Shown: positions 29,754-40,459, numbered from the stretch's first letter. The stretch: 42,552 nt of DNA from an uncultured Candidatus Rokubacteria bacterium (GCA_963805625.1 CAWDVE010000001.1:1-42552); one strand, 5' to 3'. The notes: generated from the sequence alone by a model not told the origin. Made by a program: numbers and translations.

Positions 29754-31427
29754 ATGGCCCAAATCGAGGTGCTGAACCCCGTCGCGGAGGTTGTTCGTCA
29801 TTCCATCACGCCCGCCCCGCGCCGTCCCGACCTGCGCGGCGCGTCGATCGGCCTCTACTGGAACATGAAGGCGGGGGGCAGCGATGCCCTCGACCGCGCG
29901 GAGGCGCTGCTGCGCGAGCGGTTTGCGGGCGTGACGTTCAAGCGCTACCACGGCTCGGTGGGCTTCCTGATGCGCCACTGCACCGCGGAGGATTCCGATC
30001 GCATCGCCCGCGAGGTCCAGGCGGTCGTCGGTACCACCGCCGACTGAGGGTCGTGCACGTCGTGGGGTATCCACGACATGGTCGAGCTGGAGCGGCGGGG
30101 TGTCCCGACCGTCTTCTTCACCGCGAAGAGCTTCGTCCACGATGCGCAGCGCAGCGCCGCGAGCTTCGGGGTACCGGGCCTGCCCATCGCCGTGGTGTCG
30201 ATGCCTCTCACGAACCAGCGGGCGCCGGACATCCATGCCATGGTCGACGGCGCCATCGACGAGGTGGTGACCGGCCTCACACGTTCCGTCGAGACGGTCT
30301 CCGCGGAGCACGACCTGCCCGTGGCCGATGAGCGGCTGACCTACGGCGGCGACGATCTCCTTGCCGCCTGGGACGCCCTGCAAGCCGATTTCCTCAAGCG
30401 CGGCTGGGGGGACGGCTTCCCGCTCGTGGCCCCGACGCGCCGGCCCGTGGACGCGATGCTCGGCGGCACGAAGCGCGCGCCGGGGGACGTCATCGCCACG
30501 CTCGAGCCCGGCTTCGGCCTGGCCACGGTGGAGAAGCTGGCCATCAATGCGGTGATGGCGGGGTGCCGCCCCGAGCACCTCCCGTTCCTGATCGCGGCCG
30601 TCCGGTGCCTGGCCGAGCCGAAGATGTACCTCAGGAACAAGGCGATGTCGACCGGCCCCCACGCCCCGGTCGTCATCGTGAACGGGCCAAGGGGCCGGGC
30701 CGCGCGCTTCAACGGGGGAATGTGCGCGCTCGGTCCGGGCGCACCCTCGGCATCGAATACCGCCCTCGGCCGGGCGCTGCGGCTCACCATGATGAACGTC
30801 GGCCACACCTACGTCGGGGTGTCGGATATGGACACCATCGGCTCCCCGCTCAAGTACGCGTGCTGCTGCGCGGAGAATGAGTCGGATAGCCCCTGGGACC
30901 CATATCACGTCGTGCGCGGCTTCGGTCGCGAGGACAGCACGGTCACGGTTCACTTCGCCTACGGACTGTGCGAGCTCCACGACTTCACGAGCACGAGGCC
31001 CGAGGATCTGATCAGCGTCTTCGCCACCGCGGCCGCCAATGTCGCCCAGGTGGGTACGGGGCTCTGGCTGCTCGGCCGGCGCGCCGACCCGCGCTACAAG
31101 ACCTCCGAGAAGGAGCACAACACCCTCCTCATCTGCCCCGAGCACGCGCAGATCTTCGCGCGTGAGGGGTGGGGGCGCGAGCGGATCCAGGAGGCGATGT
31201 ATCGCGCGGCGCGCATGCCGTTCCGGACGCTCATGCTGAACAAGGAGCGGCCCGCCATGGCTGCCTCGCACCCGGAGCTTGGCTGGATGTGGGACCACCC
31301 GGATCTCCCGGTACCCATCGTGGAGGACCCGGGCTGCTTCGAGATCGTCGTGGTGGGGGGCGCGGCGGGGCGCGGGGCGTACTTCTACGGCGCCGGCGAG
31401 CCCGTCACGATGCCCGTCGAGGACTAG
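29754..31427 (+). CDS. UGSC-family selenoprotein (Sec at TGA 30045-30047), 557 aa after readthrough
   Basis: ORFs 29754-30047 and 30078-31427 are in frame; the junction reads TAD-U-GSCTSW; SECIS-like hairpin follows; GGAGG RBS before 29754. Confidence 0.85.
30059..30077 (+). promoter_or_regulatory. Putative bacterial SECIS element
   Basis: GTCGTGG-GGTAT-CCACGAC: 7-bp stem with a GU-containing loop, 11 nt after the UGA. Confidence 0.7.
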
Positions 31428-31595
31428 CCGACCGGGAGCCGGCACGTTCCGGGGTCTCCCAGGCTCACGCGCCTGGCTTGACGCCGGGCACGACGTCCGG
31501 GCCGTGCCCCAGCGCTCGGGCGCCCGGACGCGAGCGCGGCGATCGTCTCCACGCGCGCATTGCATGGGCGAGCGCATTGCCGGAAGGGGGATGAG

Positions 31596-33260
31596 ATAGC
31601 GGCCGACGTCGTCCTGCTCAACGGCCGCGTCGTCACGCTCGATCCCAGCCGTCCACGCGCGGCGGCCGTCGCGATCGCGGGCGATCGCATCATCGCCGTG
31701 GCCGGCGACGCCGAGATCCGCCGTCGGCGTGATCGCCGCACGCGGGTGATCGATCTGCGCGGCGCCACGGTCGTGCCGGGGCTCGTCGACGCGCACGCGC
31801 ACCTGGACCGAGAGGGGCTCAAGTACCTCTATCCCTCGCTCGCGCGATGCCGGTCGATCGCCGACATCCAGGCCGTGATCCGGCGTCTTGCCGCCACCCG
31901 GGCTCCGGGCGAGTGGATCGTGACCATGCCGGTCGGGACACCGCCCTTCTATCTGGATGCGCCCGCCGGCCTGCGGGACGGGCGCTGGCCGACCGGGGCC
32001 GACCTCGACACGGCGGCGCCCCGCAATCCCGTGTACATCCGCGGCATCTGGGGCCACTGGAAGGGTAAGCCGCCGGTGGTGTCGATCGCCAACAGCGCGG
32101 CGCTCCGGCGCGCGGGCGTCACCCGCGACACGGTGCCGCCGAAGGGCGTCGAGATCCTCAAGGACGCCGCCGGAGAGCCCACCGGTGTCTTCGTCGAGCA
32201 CAATCTCGTCCAGGTCCTGGAGTTCACGTTGATGCGGGAGGTGCCGCGCTTCACCCCCGCGGACCGCCTCCGGGCGCTCGTCGATTCTCAGCGCCGCTAT
32301 GCGGCTCGCGGCGTCACCGCCGTCTACGAGGGCCACGGCGTCGCGCCGGAAGTGTTGAGTGTCTATCGCGAGGCGCGCGAGCGGGGGGAGCTCTTCGTGC
32401 GGGCCTATCTGGCCCTGAGCCCGACGTGGGACGCGCCGGACGCTGCGCGGGCGATGCCCGACGTCGCGGCGTGGGCAGGAGGTCGCGGGCTGGGTGACGA
32501 GCTGCTGCGCGTCGGCGGCATCTGCCTCCATTACAAGGGCGATCCGGACGTCGCGCGCATCCTCCACGCGGCCCAGCCCTACACGGGCTGGGCGGGCTTC
32601 GTCGAGAGCGCGAACTCGCCGGAGTCGTATCGGGAGCAGGCCGAACTGGCGGCCCGGCACGGACTCCGTGTCGGCACGCTGGTCACGCGCACCCTGCCTC
32701 CGGTCCTCGACGCATGGGAGAAGATCGCGCGGAGCACGCCCATCGCCCACCTCCGGTGGGTGGCGGTGCACCTCAACGCGGCGCCCGCCGATCAGCTCGC
32801 ACGCCTGAAGCGTCTCGGCGTGGTGGTGAACACGAATCCGATCTCCTACCTCTGGCGATCAGGCGCGCACGAGGCGCAGATGCTGGGTGGCGCGGCCGAG
32901 ACGCTGTCGCCCCATCGCAGCCTGGAGCGGATGCGCCTGCCCTTCGGCCTGGCCACCGACAACAAGCCCGCCGATCCCTGGTTGGCGTTCCGGACCGCCG
33001 TCGAGCGCCGCGACATGACGTCGGGCGCGGTCGTAGGACCGCGCGAGCGGTTGACGCGCCTGGGCGCGCTGCGAGCGCTCACGGTCGGCGGAGCGTGGCT
33101 CACGTTCGCCGAGCGGCAGCGCGGCGTGCTCGCGCCGGGACGACAGGCCGATCTCGCCGTTCTCGAGGAGGATCCGCTGACCATGCCGCTCCGCGAAATC
33201 GAGTCCCTCGGGTGCCGGCTCACGATGGTCGGCGGGCGAGTCGTGCACGGCGAGGGCTAG
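31596..33260 (+). CDS. Amidohydrolase 3 family (YtcJ-like) metal-dependent hydrolase
   Basis: ADVVLLNGRV, IDLRGATVVPGLVDAHAH, GEPTGVFVE, GVLAPGRQADLAVL, TMVGGRVV; start uncertain (ATA 31596 or TTG 31560). Confidence 0.88.
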   Translation: MAADVVLLNGRVVTLDPSRPRAAAVAIAGDRIIAVAGDAEIRRRRDRRTRVIDLRGATVVPGLVDAHAHLDREGLKYLYPSLARCRSIADIQAVIRRLAATRAPGEWIVTMPVGTPPFYLDAPAGLRDGRWPTGADLDTAAPRNPVYIRGIWGHWKGKPPVVSIANSAALRRAGVTRDTVPPKGVEILKDAAGEPTGVFVEHNLVQVLEFTLMREVPRFTPADRLRALVDSQRRYAARGVTAVYEGHGVAPEVLSVYREARERGELFVRAYLALSPTWDAPDAARAMPDVAAWAGGRGLGDELLRVGGICLHYKGDPDVARILHAAQPYTGWAGFVESANSPESYREQAELAARHGLRVGTLVTRTLPPVLDAWEKIARSTPIAHLRWVAVHLNAAPADQLARLKRLGVVVNTNPISYLWRSGAHEAQMLGGAAETLSPHRSLERMRLPFGLATDNKPADPWLAFRTAVERRDMTSGAVVGPRERLTRLGALRALTVGGAWLTFAERQRGVLAPGRQADLAVLEEDPLTMPLREIESLGCRLTMVGGRVVHGEG

Positions 33261-33589
33261 CGCACGGCGGGCGCGACTACGGCCATTCTACCGTGGCCGC
33301 GCTCGAGGTACCGGCGCGGCCAGGCACGACATCATGCGGTCCCTCGGGAGCGAGCGCGTGGGCGCCCCCACCCTACCACCGGCGAGAGCATTGGCTGCTG
33401 AGCGATCCAAAGAAGGATGTGAGACGGGATGGGGCCAGCAGCGCGGCCCGTGAGGTGGCCTTTGCGCTGGCTCTGGAACTCGATGCCGGGTACAGGTAGG
33501 CGGCCTTCTAACTAACCCCGGCATGCAGGCGATGGCGTACAGCGTCCGGTGCGCTCTCGCTTCCCGCCGCGCCTGATGCCCGGCGTTAG

Positions 33590-33768
33590 AGACCAAGCAG
33601 CCCGAGCTCCACCGCTACTGGACCACCCGCGATCGCGCGGCCAACGTCCGGCTCTACCGGCTGGCGGCGGAGATTCTGGCTGCCATTGAGGCAGGCGTGT
33701 TCCCGCCGCGGGTGGGCTGGCACTGCTCGGACTGCCCGGTCCGGAGCCGGTGCTGGGCGTGGGGGTAG
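33590..33768 (+). repeat. PD-(D/E)XK nuclease 3'-end fragment, copy 4
   Basis: TKQPELHRYWTTRDRAANVRLYRLAAEILAAIEAGVFPPRVGWHCSDCPVRSRCWAWG*. Confidence 0.9.
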
Positions 33769-33901
33769 CTGGAGGCCAGCGGCGAGAGGGTGTGCCGGCC
33801 CGATTCACGATGTCTCAATCCGAGAGAACGGTCTGCGGGTCTGAGCGCGCCTGGCCGCTGCAAATTCCCCACGCGACGACGCGGGGGAAGACCGACGAGG
33901 C

Positions 33902-33917
33902 GGGCATGACGTGTGCT
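33902..33917 (+). promoter_or_regulatory. Possible sigma-54 (-24/-12) promoter
   Basis: GGGCATGACGTGTGCT fits GG-N10-GC with GGCA and TGCT; lies just before ATG 33930. Confidence 0.35.
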
Positions 33918-33929
33918 CACGGGGGCGGC

Positions 33930-34089
33930 ATGACCCGCCCATGTCTGGCGGCCCGGACCTACCAACGCCGCCAGCCCGAACAGACACTGCTGTACCGAAC
34001 CATTGCGACGCACCTGCCGACGTTCCTCGCGCGGACGGGGGGCGAGGACGGGAGCGGTGGGTGGCCGGCGTTTGTCCGGCGCGAGTTCG
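33930..34089 (+). mobile_element. IS91-family transposase N-terminal fragment
   Basis: YQRRQPEQTLLYRTIATHLPTFL...WPAFVRREF, the typical lead-in to the IS91 zinc-binding domain, cut before the Cys motifs. Confidence 0.8.
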
Positions 34090-34149
34090 CTACGCGACAC
34101 CGTCGCAGTATAGTTGTGAGGAGTTGACTAAGAACGAGGAGGATTTCCC

Positions 34150-34428
34150 ATGGCGAGGTTTCTGCTCGAGGTTCCGCATGAATCGGGGGTGGTGGCCTGC
34201 GCGCGGGCCAACAAGATTCTGCTCGAGACCGGCTCACACTTTCTGACCCACGCGGACTTTGGCTGCAACGATGGCGTCCACAAAGCCTGGATTGTCGTGG
34301 ACGTGAGCAGCAAGGAGGAGGCTCGCAATATGCTGCCTCCCACGTATCGTCGTCAGGCCACGGTCGTGGGCCTGTCCAAGTTTGGAATCAAGGAGCTGGA
34401 CGAGCTCATTCGGCATCACCAACGCTGA
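34150..34428 (+). CDS. Small hypothetical protein
   Basis: Strong GAGGAGG RBS, ATG, 92 aa protein-like sequence (HADFGCNDGVHKAW). Confidence 0.75.
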   Translation: MARFLLEVPHESGVVACARANKILLETGSHFLTHADFGCNDGVHKAWIVVDVSSKEEARNMLPPTYRRQATVVGLSKFGIKELDELIRHHQR

Positions 34429-34552
34429 ACGCCGTTGGGGACACTAACCCCACCCCGGTTAGCCGAGCCGCGCGTGGTTGAGGAGCGTCCATCGGGTCAT
34501 CGGCACCGGCTTTCAGCAGCGCCCGCATGACGAAGCAGCCGCGCTCCGCGTA

Positions 34553-34730
34553 GACTCGGCAGCCCGAGCTCCACCGCTACTGGACCACCCGCGACCCCGC
34601 GGCCAACGTGCGGCTCTATCGCCTCGTGGCCGAGATTGTCGCCGCCATCGACGCGGGCGCGTTCCCGCCGCGCGTGGGCTGGCACTGCCAGGACTGCCCG
34701 GTCCGGAGCCGCCGCTGGGCGTGGGGGTGA
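34553..34730 (+). repeat. PD-(D/E)XK nuclease 3'-end fragment, copy 5
   Basis: QPELHRYWTTRDPAANVRLYRLVAEIVAAIDAGAFPPRVGWHCQDCPVRSRRWAWG*; last Cys changed to Arg. Confidence 0.9.
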
Positions 34731-34870
34731 ACGCACGCGACTCCGATCTGAGCTATGCTGTTGCATCACACTTGGACCGGAAGCTGGGCCCGATCATTTG
34801 GCGTCGTGAACGGTCACGGTTCCGTTACCGATAGCCGACCTCATTGTCCTGACAAAAGGGGGACACAGCC

Positions 34871-36430
34871 ATGCAGCTCACGCGTAGAGAGATCCTGGCC
34901 CTCGGGGGCGCCGCCAGCGCCACCGTTCTTCTCGGCACCCCGGCCCGCGCTCAGAAGAAGGGCGGCGACGTGATCGTCGGCACCGTCTCCGCGCCGCCGC
35001 TGACCGACGCCCAGGCCTCTACTGCCGAGGTCTCGCGCAACATCAGCCTCCACTGGATCGAGACGCTCTGGGCGCGCGACGAGAACGGCAACCCGGTGCC
35101 CGACCTGGCCGCGAAGACCGAGACCTCGCCCGACGGCAAGGTCTACACCTTCACGCTGCGGCAGGGCGTGATGTTCCACAATGGCTAGGAGATGACGGCA
35201 CCGGACGTCAAGGCCTCACTCGAGCGCTACGGCCAGGTCGGCGGCAGCCTCGCCATGATGAAACCCGTCGAGTCGATCCAGGCCGTCAGCAAGTACGTGG
35301 TGCGCGTCTCGCTCAAGCAGCCGGTGCCGGGCTTCATCGATCAGCTCAGCTCGCCCCGGGCGCCGGTCGGCATCATGCCGGCCAGCGAGGGGGACAAGGA
35401 GCGCGGCAAGATCAACCACATCGGGACCGGGCCCTACCAGTTCGTGGAGTTCCGGCCGGACAGCCATGTTCGGCTGAAGCGGTTCGACGGCTACACGGCG
35501 AATCCCAGCTACCAGAAGCGCGATGGCTTCGGCGGCCGCAAGACCGCTTACTTCGAGACGGTCACCTTCCGGCATATCCCCGAAGGTGGCGCCCGGACGG
35601 CGGCGCTGGAGACCGGCGAGGTGCACGCCGTGGACATGCTGCCGCCCGCCGCGGCCGACCGACTGAAGGGCAACAAGAGCATCAAGATCTACGCGGCCAT
35701 GCCGTGGGCGTTCCAGACCATCATCATGAACGCCTCGCAGGGGGTGACGGGGAACATGAAGGTCCGCCAGGCGATCCAAGCGACCCTCGACTGCGAGGAG
35801 ATCATGGCCATCGCCGGCGAGGGCCTGTACCGGCTGACCCACGGCTGGCAGCATCCCGGCAGCACCTACTTTGCGGGCGACGTGGGCAAGGAGTTCTACA
35901 ATCAGAAGAACCCGGCCCGGGCCAGGCAGCTTCTCCAGGAGGCAGGCTACAAGGGCGAGGAGATCGTCTTCCTGACCGACTCCACGTACAAGAACCATCA
36001 GGACACCGCGGTGGTGGCCAGCGAGCAGATGAAGAAAGCCGGCTTCAACGTCCGGCTGAACGTGGTCGACTGGCCCACCGCCTTCGAGATCCGGCGGAAG
36101 CCCGAGGGGTGGAACCTCTGGTCCCTCGGCTTTGGCATCGAGCCGTACGAGGGGCCCTACAACGTGGCCGGCTTCTTCGTCGGCGAGAACGGTGGCAAAG
36201 GCGCACAGTGGGCCCCGGATGCGGAGCTGACCCGGGCGGATGCCGCCCTCAACTCGTCGCTGAAGGTCGAGGATCGCAAGAAGGCCTTTGCCGACTTCCA
36301 GCGTCGCTTCTTCGAGTACGTCCCGGGCTTCAAGGTGGGAGACCTTGGTCGCTATCAGGCGACTCGCGCCAACGTGGTCGGGTACGCCACCGCCCGGATC
36401 CCGCGCATGTGGGACGTGTCGTTCGACTAG
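34871..36430 (+). CDS. Peptide/nickel ABC transporter substrate-binding protein (family 5), Tat-exported, with in-frame TAG at 35186-35188
   Basis: TRREIL Tat motif; YTFTLRQGVMFHNG*EMTAPDVKASLER; IGTGPY; both ORF halves in the same frame. Confidence 0.85.
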
Positions 36431-36452
36431 AGCCACGCTAGAATCCCTCCAG

Positions 36453-36482
36453 CCGAAGGGGGGCGTGACCGCCCCCCTTCGG
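36453..36482. repeat. Intergenic 13-bp perfect hairpin between SBP and permease genes
   Basis: CCGAAGGGGGGCG-TGAC-CGCCCCCCTTCGG; no U-tract. Confidence 0.8.
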
Positions 36483-36499
36483 GCTTCCGCTCGATCGAC

Positions 36500-37444
36500 A
36501 TGACCCGCTACCTCGTCTACCGGCTGCTCAGCGCCATCCCGGTTCTGGCCGTCGTCTCGCTCACGTCGTTTCTCCTCATCTTCCTGGTGCCTGGCGATCC
36601 GGCCGCGGAGATCGCCGGCCCCGGCGCAACCTCCGAGGAGGTGGCGCGGATCCGCAGTCAGCTCGGCCTCGACGCGCCGGTTCACGTTCAGATGCTCAAC
36701 TACTACGGGCGGCTTGTCCGGGGGGATCTCGGCCACTCCATCATGCTCAACGGGAGCGTCACCACCGCGATCATCGAGCGGGCGCCGGTCACCCTCTCAT
36801 TGACCGCCTTGGCGCTCGGCATCTCCCTGACGGTGGCGGTCCTCCTCGGCGTGGCGGCGGCGGTGAAACGCAACACCTGGATCGATCAGTCGGCCATGAC
36901 CGTCGCCCTGCTCGGCCTGTCGGTACCCGACTTCTGGGTCGGCCTCGTGATGATCTACACCTTCGCGGTGATGCTTGGCTGGTTTCCGACGGGCGGCTAC
37001 GTCGACATCGGGCAGGGCGTGGGACCCTGGCTGCGCAGCCTGGCGATGCCGGCTCTCGCGCTCGGCATCACCCAGCTCGGTCTCCTCGCCCGAATCACCC
37101 GCGCGGCGATGCTCGAGGTCCTCAACCAGGACTACGTGCGCACGGCGCGGGCCAAGGGTCTGCCCGAGCGGCTGGTGGTTGACAAGCACGCCCTGGCCAA
37201 CGCCATGATCCCGGTGGTCACCGTAATCGGGCTGATCGTCGGCATCCTCCTGGGGGGAGCCGTGGTGGTCGAGCAGGTCTTCTCGTTGCCCGGGGCCGGC
37301 CGCCTGATCATCGGAGCAATCCTCCGGCGCGACTATCCAGTCATTCAGGGCGGCCTTCTGCTGACCGCCGTGATCTTCGTCTTCGTGAATCTCGCGGTGG
37401 ACATCCTGTACGCGACGCTCGACCCACGAGTTCGCTATGACTGA
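36500..37444 (+). CDS. Peptide ABC transporter permease (DppB/OppB-like)
   Basis: PGDPA, LGLDAP, EVLNQDYVRTARAKGL (EAA-like motif), RDYPVIQG. Confidence 0.95.
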   Translation: MTRYLVYRLLSAIPVLAVVSLTSFLLIFLVPGDPAAEIAGPGATSEEVARIRSQLGLDAPVHVQMLNYYGRLVRGDLGHSIMLNGSVTTAIIERAPVTLSLTALALGISLTVAVLLGVAAAVKRNTWIDQSAMTVALLGLSVPDFWVGLVMIYTFAVMLGWFPTGGYVDIGQGVGPWLRSLAMPALALGITQLGLLARITRAAMLEVLNQDYVRTARAKGLPERLVVDKHALANAMIPVVTVIGLIVGILLGGAVVVEQVFSLPGAGRLIIGAILRRDYPVIQGGLLLTAVIFVFVNLAVDILYATLDPRVRYD

Positions 37445-38330
37445 AGCCGCGCTCGCCGAGCCCGGTAGGGTCAGGCTCGCCGCCGACCGGTTCCGCCGGT
37501 CCAAGGTGATCCGGCGGCTCGTTCACCACCGGCTCTTCATGACCGGCCTCGTGCTGTTCGCGCTGATCGTCGCGATGGCGGCGTCGGCCGGCGTCTTTGC
37601 CCCTCACCCTCCGAACCAGAACAACTTCCGCTACCGGCTCGGCGCCCCGACCCGGGTGTTCCTGCTCGGCACTGACGGCTACGGGCGTGATGTTCTGAGC
37701 CGCGTGATCTACGGGGCTCGGGTGTCGCTCCGCATCGGCCTGATGGTCGTGGTGATGAACGCGATCCTCGGTACCATGATCGGCGCCAGCGCCGGCTCGG
37801 TCCGCTCGCTCGACAACGTGGTGATGCGTGTCATGGACGGTCTCATGGCCTTTCCGGCCATCCTGCTCGCCATCGCTCTGGCCGCCACGCTGGGCGCCTC
37901 CGAACTGAACGTGGTCCTCGCCCTGACCATCGCCTACGCGCCCCGCACCGCCCGTATCGTGCGGGCCTCGGTGCTGGTGGTGCGCGAGCAGGAGTACGTG
38001 CAAGCGGCGCTGGCGGCCGGAGCCGGCTCCTTACGCATCCTGTTCCGCCACATCCTGGCGAACAGCATGTCGCCCCTGATCGTGCAACTCACGTTCATCT
38101 TCGCCGTGTCCGTGCTAGCCGAGGCCGTGCTGAGCTTCATTGGCGTGGGTCCGCCGCCGCCCACCCCGACCTGGGGCAACGTCATCGCCGAGGGCCGCAA
38201 CTACATTCGGGAGGCGCCCTGGATCTCGCTGCTTCCTGGGATCGCCATCGGGATCACCGTGCTCGGACTCAACCTCCTCGGCGACGGCCTCCGCGACGTG
38301 CTCGATCCGCGGATCAAGGTGGAGCCCTGA
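37437..38330 (+). CDS. Peptide ABC transporter permease (DppC/OppC-like)
   Basis: LGTDGYGRDVLSRVIYGARVSL, EYVQAALAAGA, NLLGDGLRDVLDPR; overlaps the upstream stop. Confidence 0.95.
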   Translation: MTEAALAEPGRVRLAADRFRRSKVIRRLVHHRLFMTGLVLFALIVAMAASAGVFAPHPPNQNNFRYRLGAPTRVFLLGTDGYGRDVLSRVIYGARVSLRIGLMVVVMNAILGTMIGASAGSVRSLDNVVMRVMDGLMAFPAILLAIALAATLGASELNVVLALTIAYAPRTARIVRASVLVVREQEYVQAALAAGAGSLRILFRHILANSMSPLIVQLTFIFAVSVLAEAVLSFIGVGPPPPTPTWGNVIAEGRNYIREAPWISLLPGIAIGITVLGLNLLGDGLRDVLDPRIKVEP

Positions 38331-38620
38331 GCAGGGGTCGGTGAATCCCCTCGAAACGCCGGCAGGCCATTCTGACCCATCTCGCCCTCGTTAGTCCTGT
38401 GGGTCGCGGAACCCTTGAATGTGGCCTGTGCCGGTCAGAAACCTCATCGGCCAACCGTGGAGATCGCCTGACACTCGGCGCGAACGTCCGGAACCACGTC
38501 GTATTGAGTGTGATCAGGATTGTCGCGTGGATGGCAGCCGCGGACTGGAGTGCGGTTTGCCCATTCCAGTCAGCGTAGATCGTACGAGCGGGCGACGGCT
38601 GGCCCGTCGGCTGACCACGA

Positions 38621-39391
38621 TCAGGCGATGCGAGTGTAGCGGTGATGAAGTCCGCCGACCTGAGGGATGGCGATGATCCGGCCAGGTGGGGAGGGTTCGA
38701 CGACTCGTGGCTGGGGACTGTTGTTTTCAAGCGATTGGTGTGGCCGCGCGGTGTTGTAGTAGGCGAGATACGCGCGCAAGACGCGGCAGAGATGGGCCCC
38801 GCTCAGAATGATGACGTGGTCCAGGCACTCCCGACGGATGGAGCCGATGAGCCGCTCGACGAAGGGGTTCTGCCAGGGCGTTCTGGGGGCCGTGGTCACC
38901 TGGCGGATCCCAGGTGGTCGACGCGCCGAGTGAAGGCCTCGCCGTAGATCGAGTCTCGATCCCGAAGTACGTATTTCGGGCCGGTCTCCTCCGGGAACGC
39001 CTCGATCACCTGCCGGGCCGTCCAGACTGCGGACGGGTGATCCGTCACGTTGACGTGGAGGAGTTCGCGGCGGTGATGCCGCAGGACGATGAAGACGAAC
39101 AGCAGGTGGAAGGTGATCGTGGGGACCACGAAGAAGTCGATGGCGACGATGTCTCGGGCATGCGCGGTGAGAAAGGCGCGCCACGTGGGCGACGGCCGAG
39201 GAGACGTCCGGTGCATGTACTTGGCGACGGTCAGCTCAGCGACTTCGTAGCCGAGCAGTGCCAGCTCCGCTCGAATGCGTCGGCGGCCCCACGTCGGATT
39301 TTCCCGCGCCATGCGTCGGATCAGGTCGCGCAGCTCGGCGTCGAGTCTCGGGCGGCCGACCGGGTTGGGCCTGGACTTCCAGCGCCAGTAG
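38621..39391 (-). mobile_element. DDE/rve integrase-core transposase pseudogene (5'-truncated, frameshifted near 38910)
   Basis: GRP...IRRMARENPTWG..RI..EL; AIDFF; RDRD; PWQNPFVERLIGSIRRECLD; YYNTARPHQSL. Confidence 0.88.
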
Positions 39392-39436
39392 GTCGCGGCC
39401 GGGCCCCGGTTCCGCATCGCCCCGGGAGGCGTAGCG

Positions 39437-40459
<1,023 letters not shown>

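Noticed and set aside
29601-32771. Long antisense or alternate-frame ORFs (e.g. 1056 aa here; also 214-1326, 3981-5816, 15155-17086, 15373-17409, 35216-36736, 40584-42467)
   Set aside because: Shadow ORFs of real genes in high-GC DNA; Arg/Pro/Gly-rich with no motifs
8266-34730. CRISPR array or cas operon suggested by the Cas4-like fragments
   Set aside because: No short regularly spaced repeats, no cas1/cas2; the repeats are long, coding-derived and irregularly spaced
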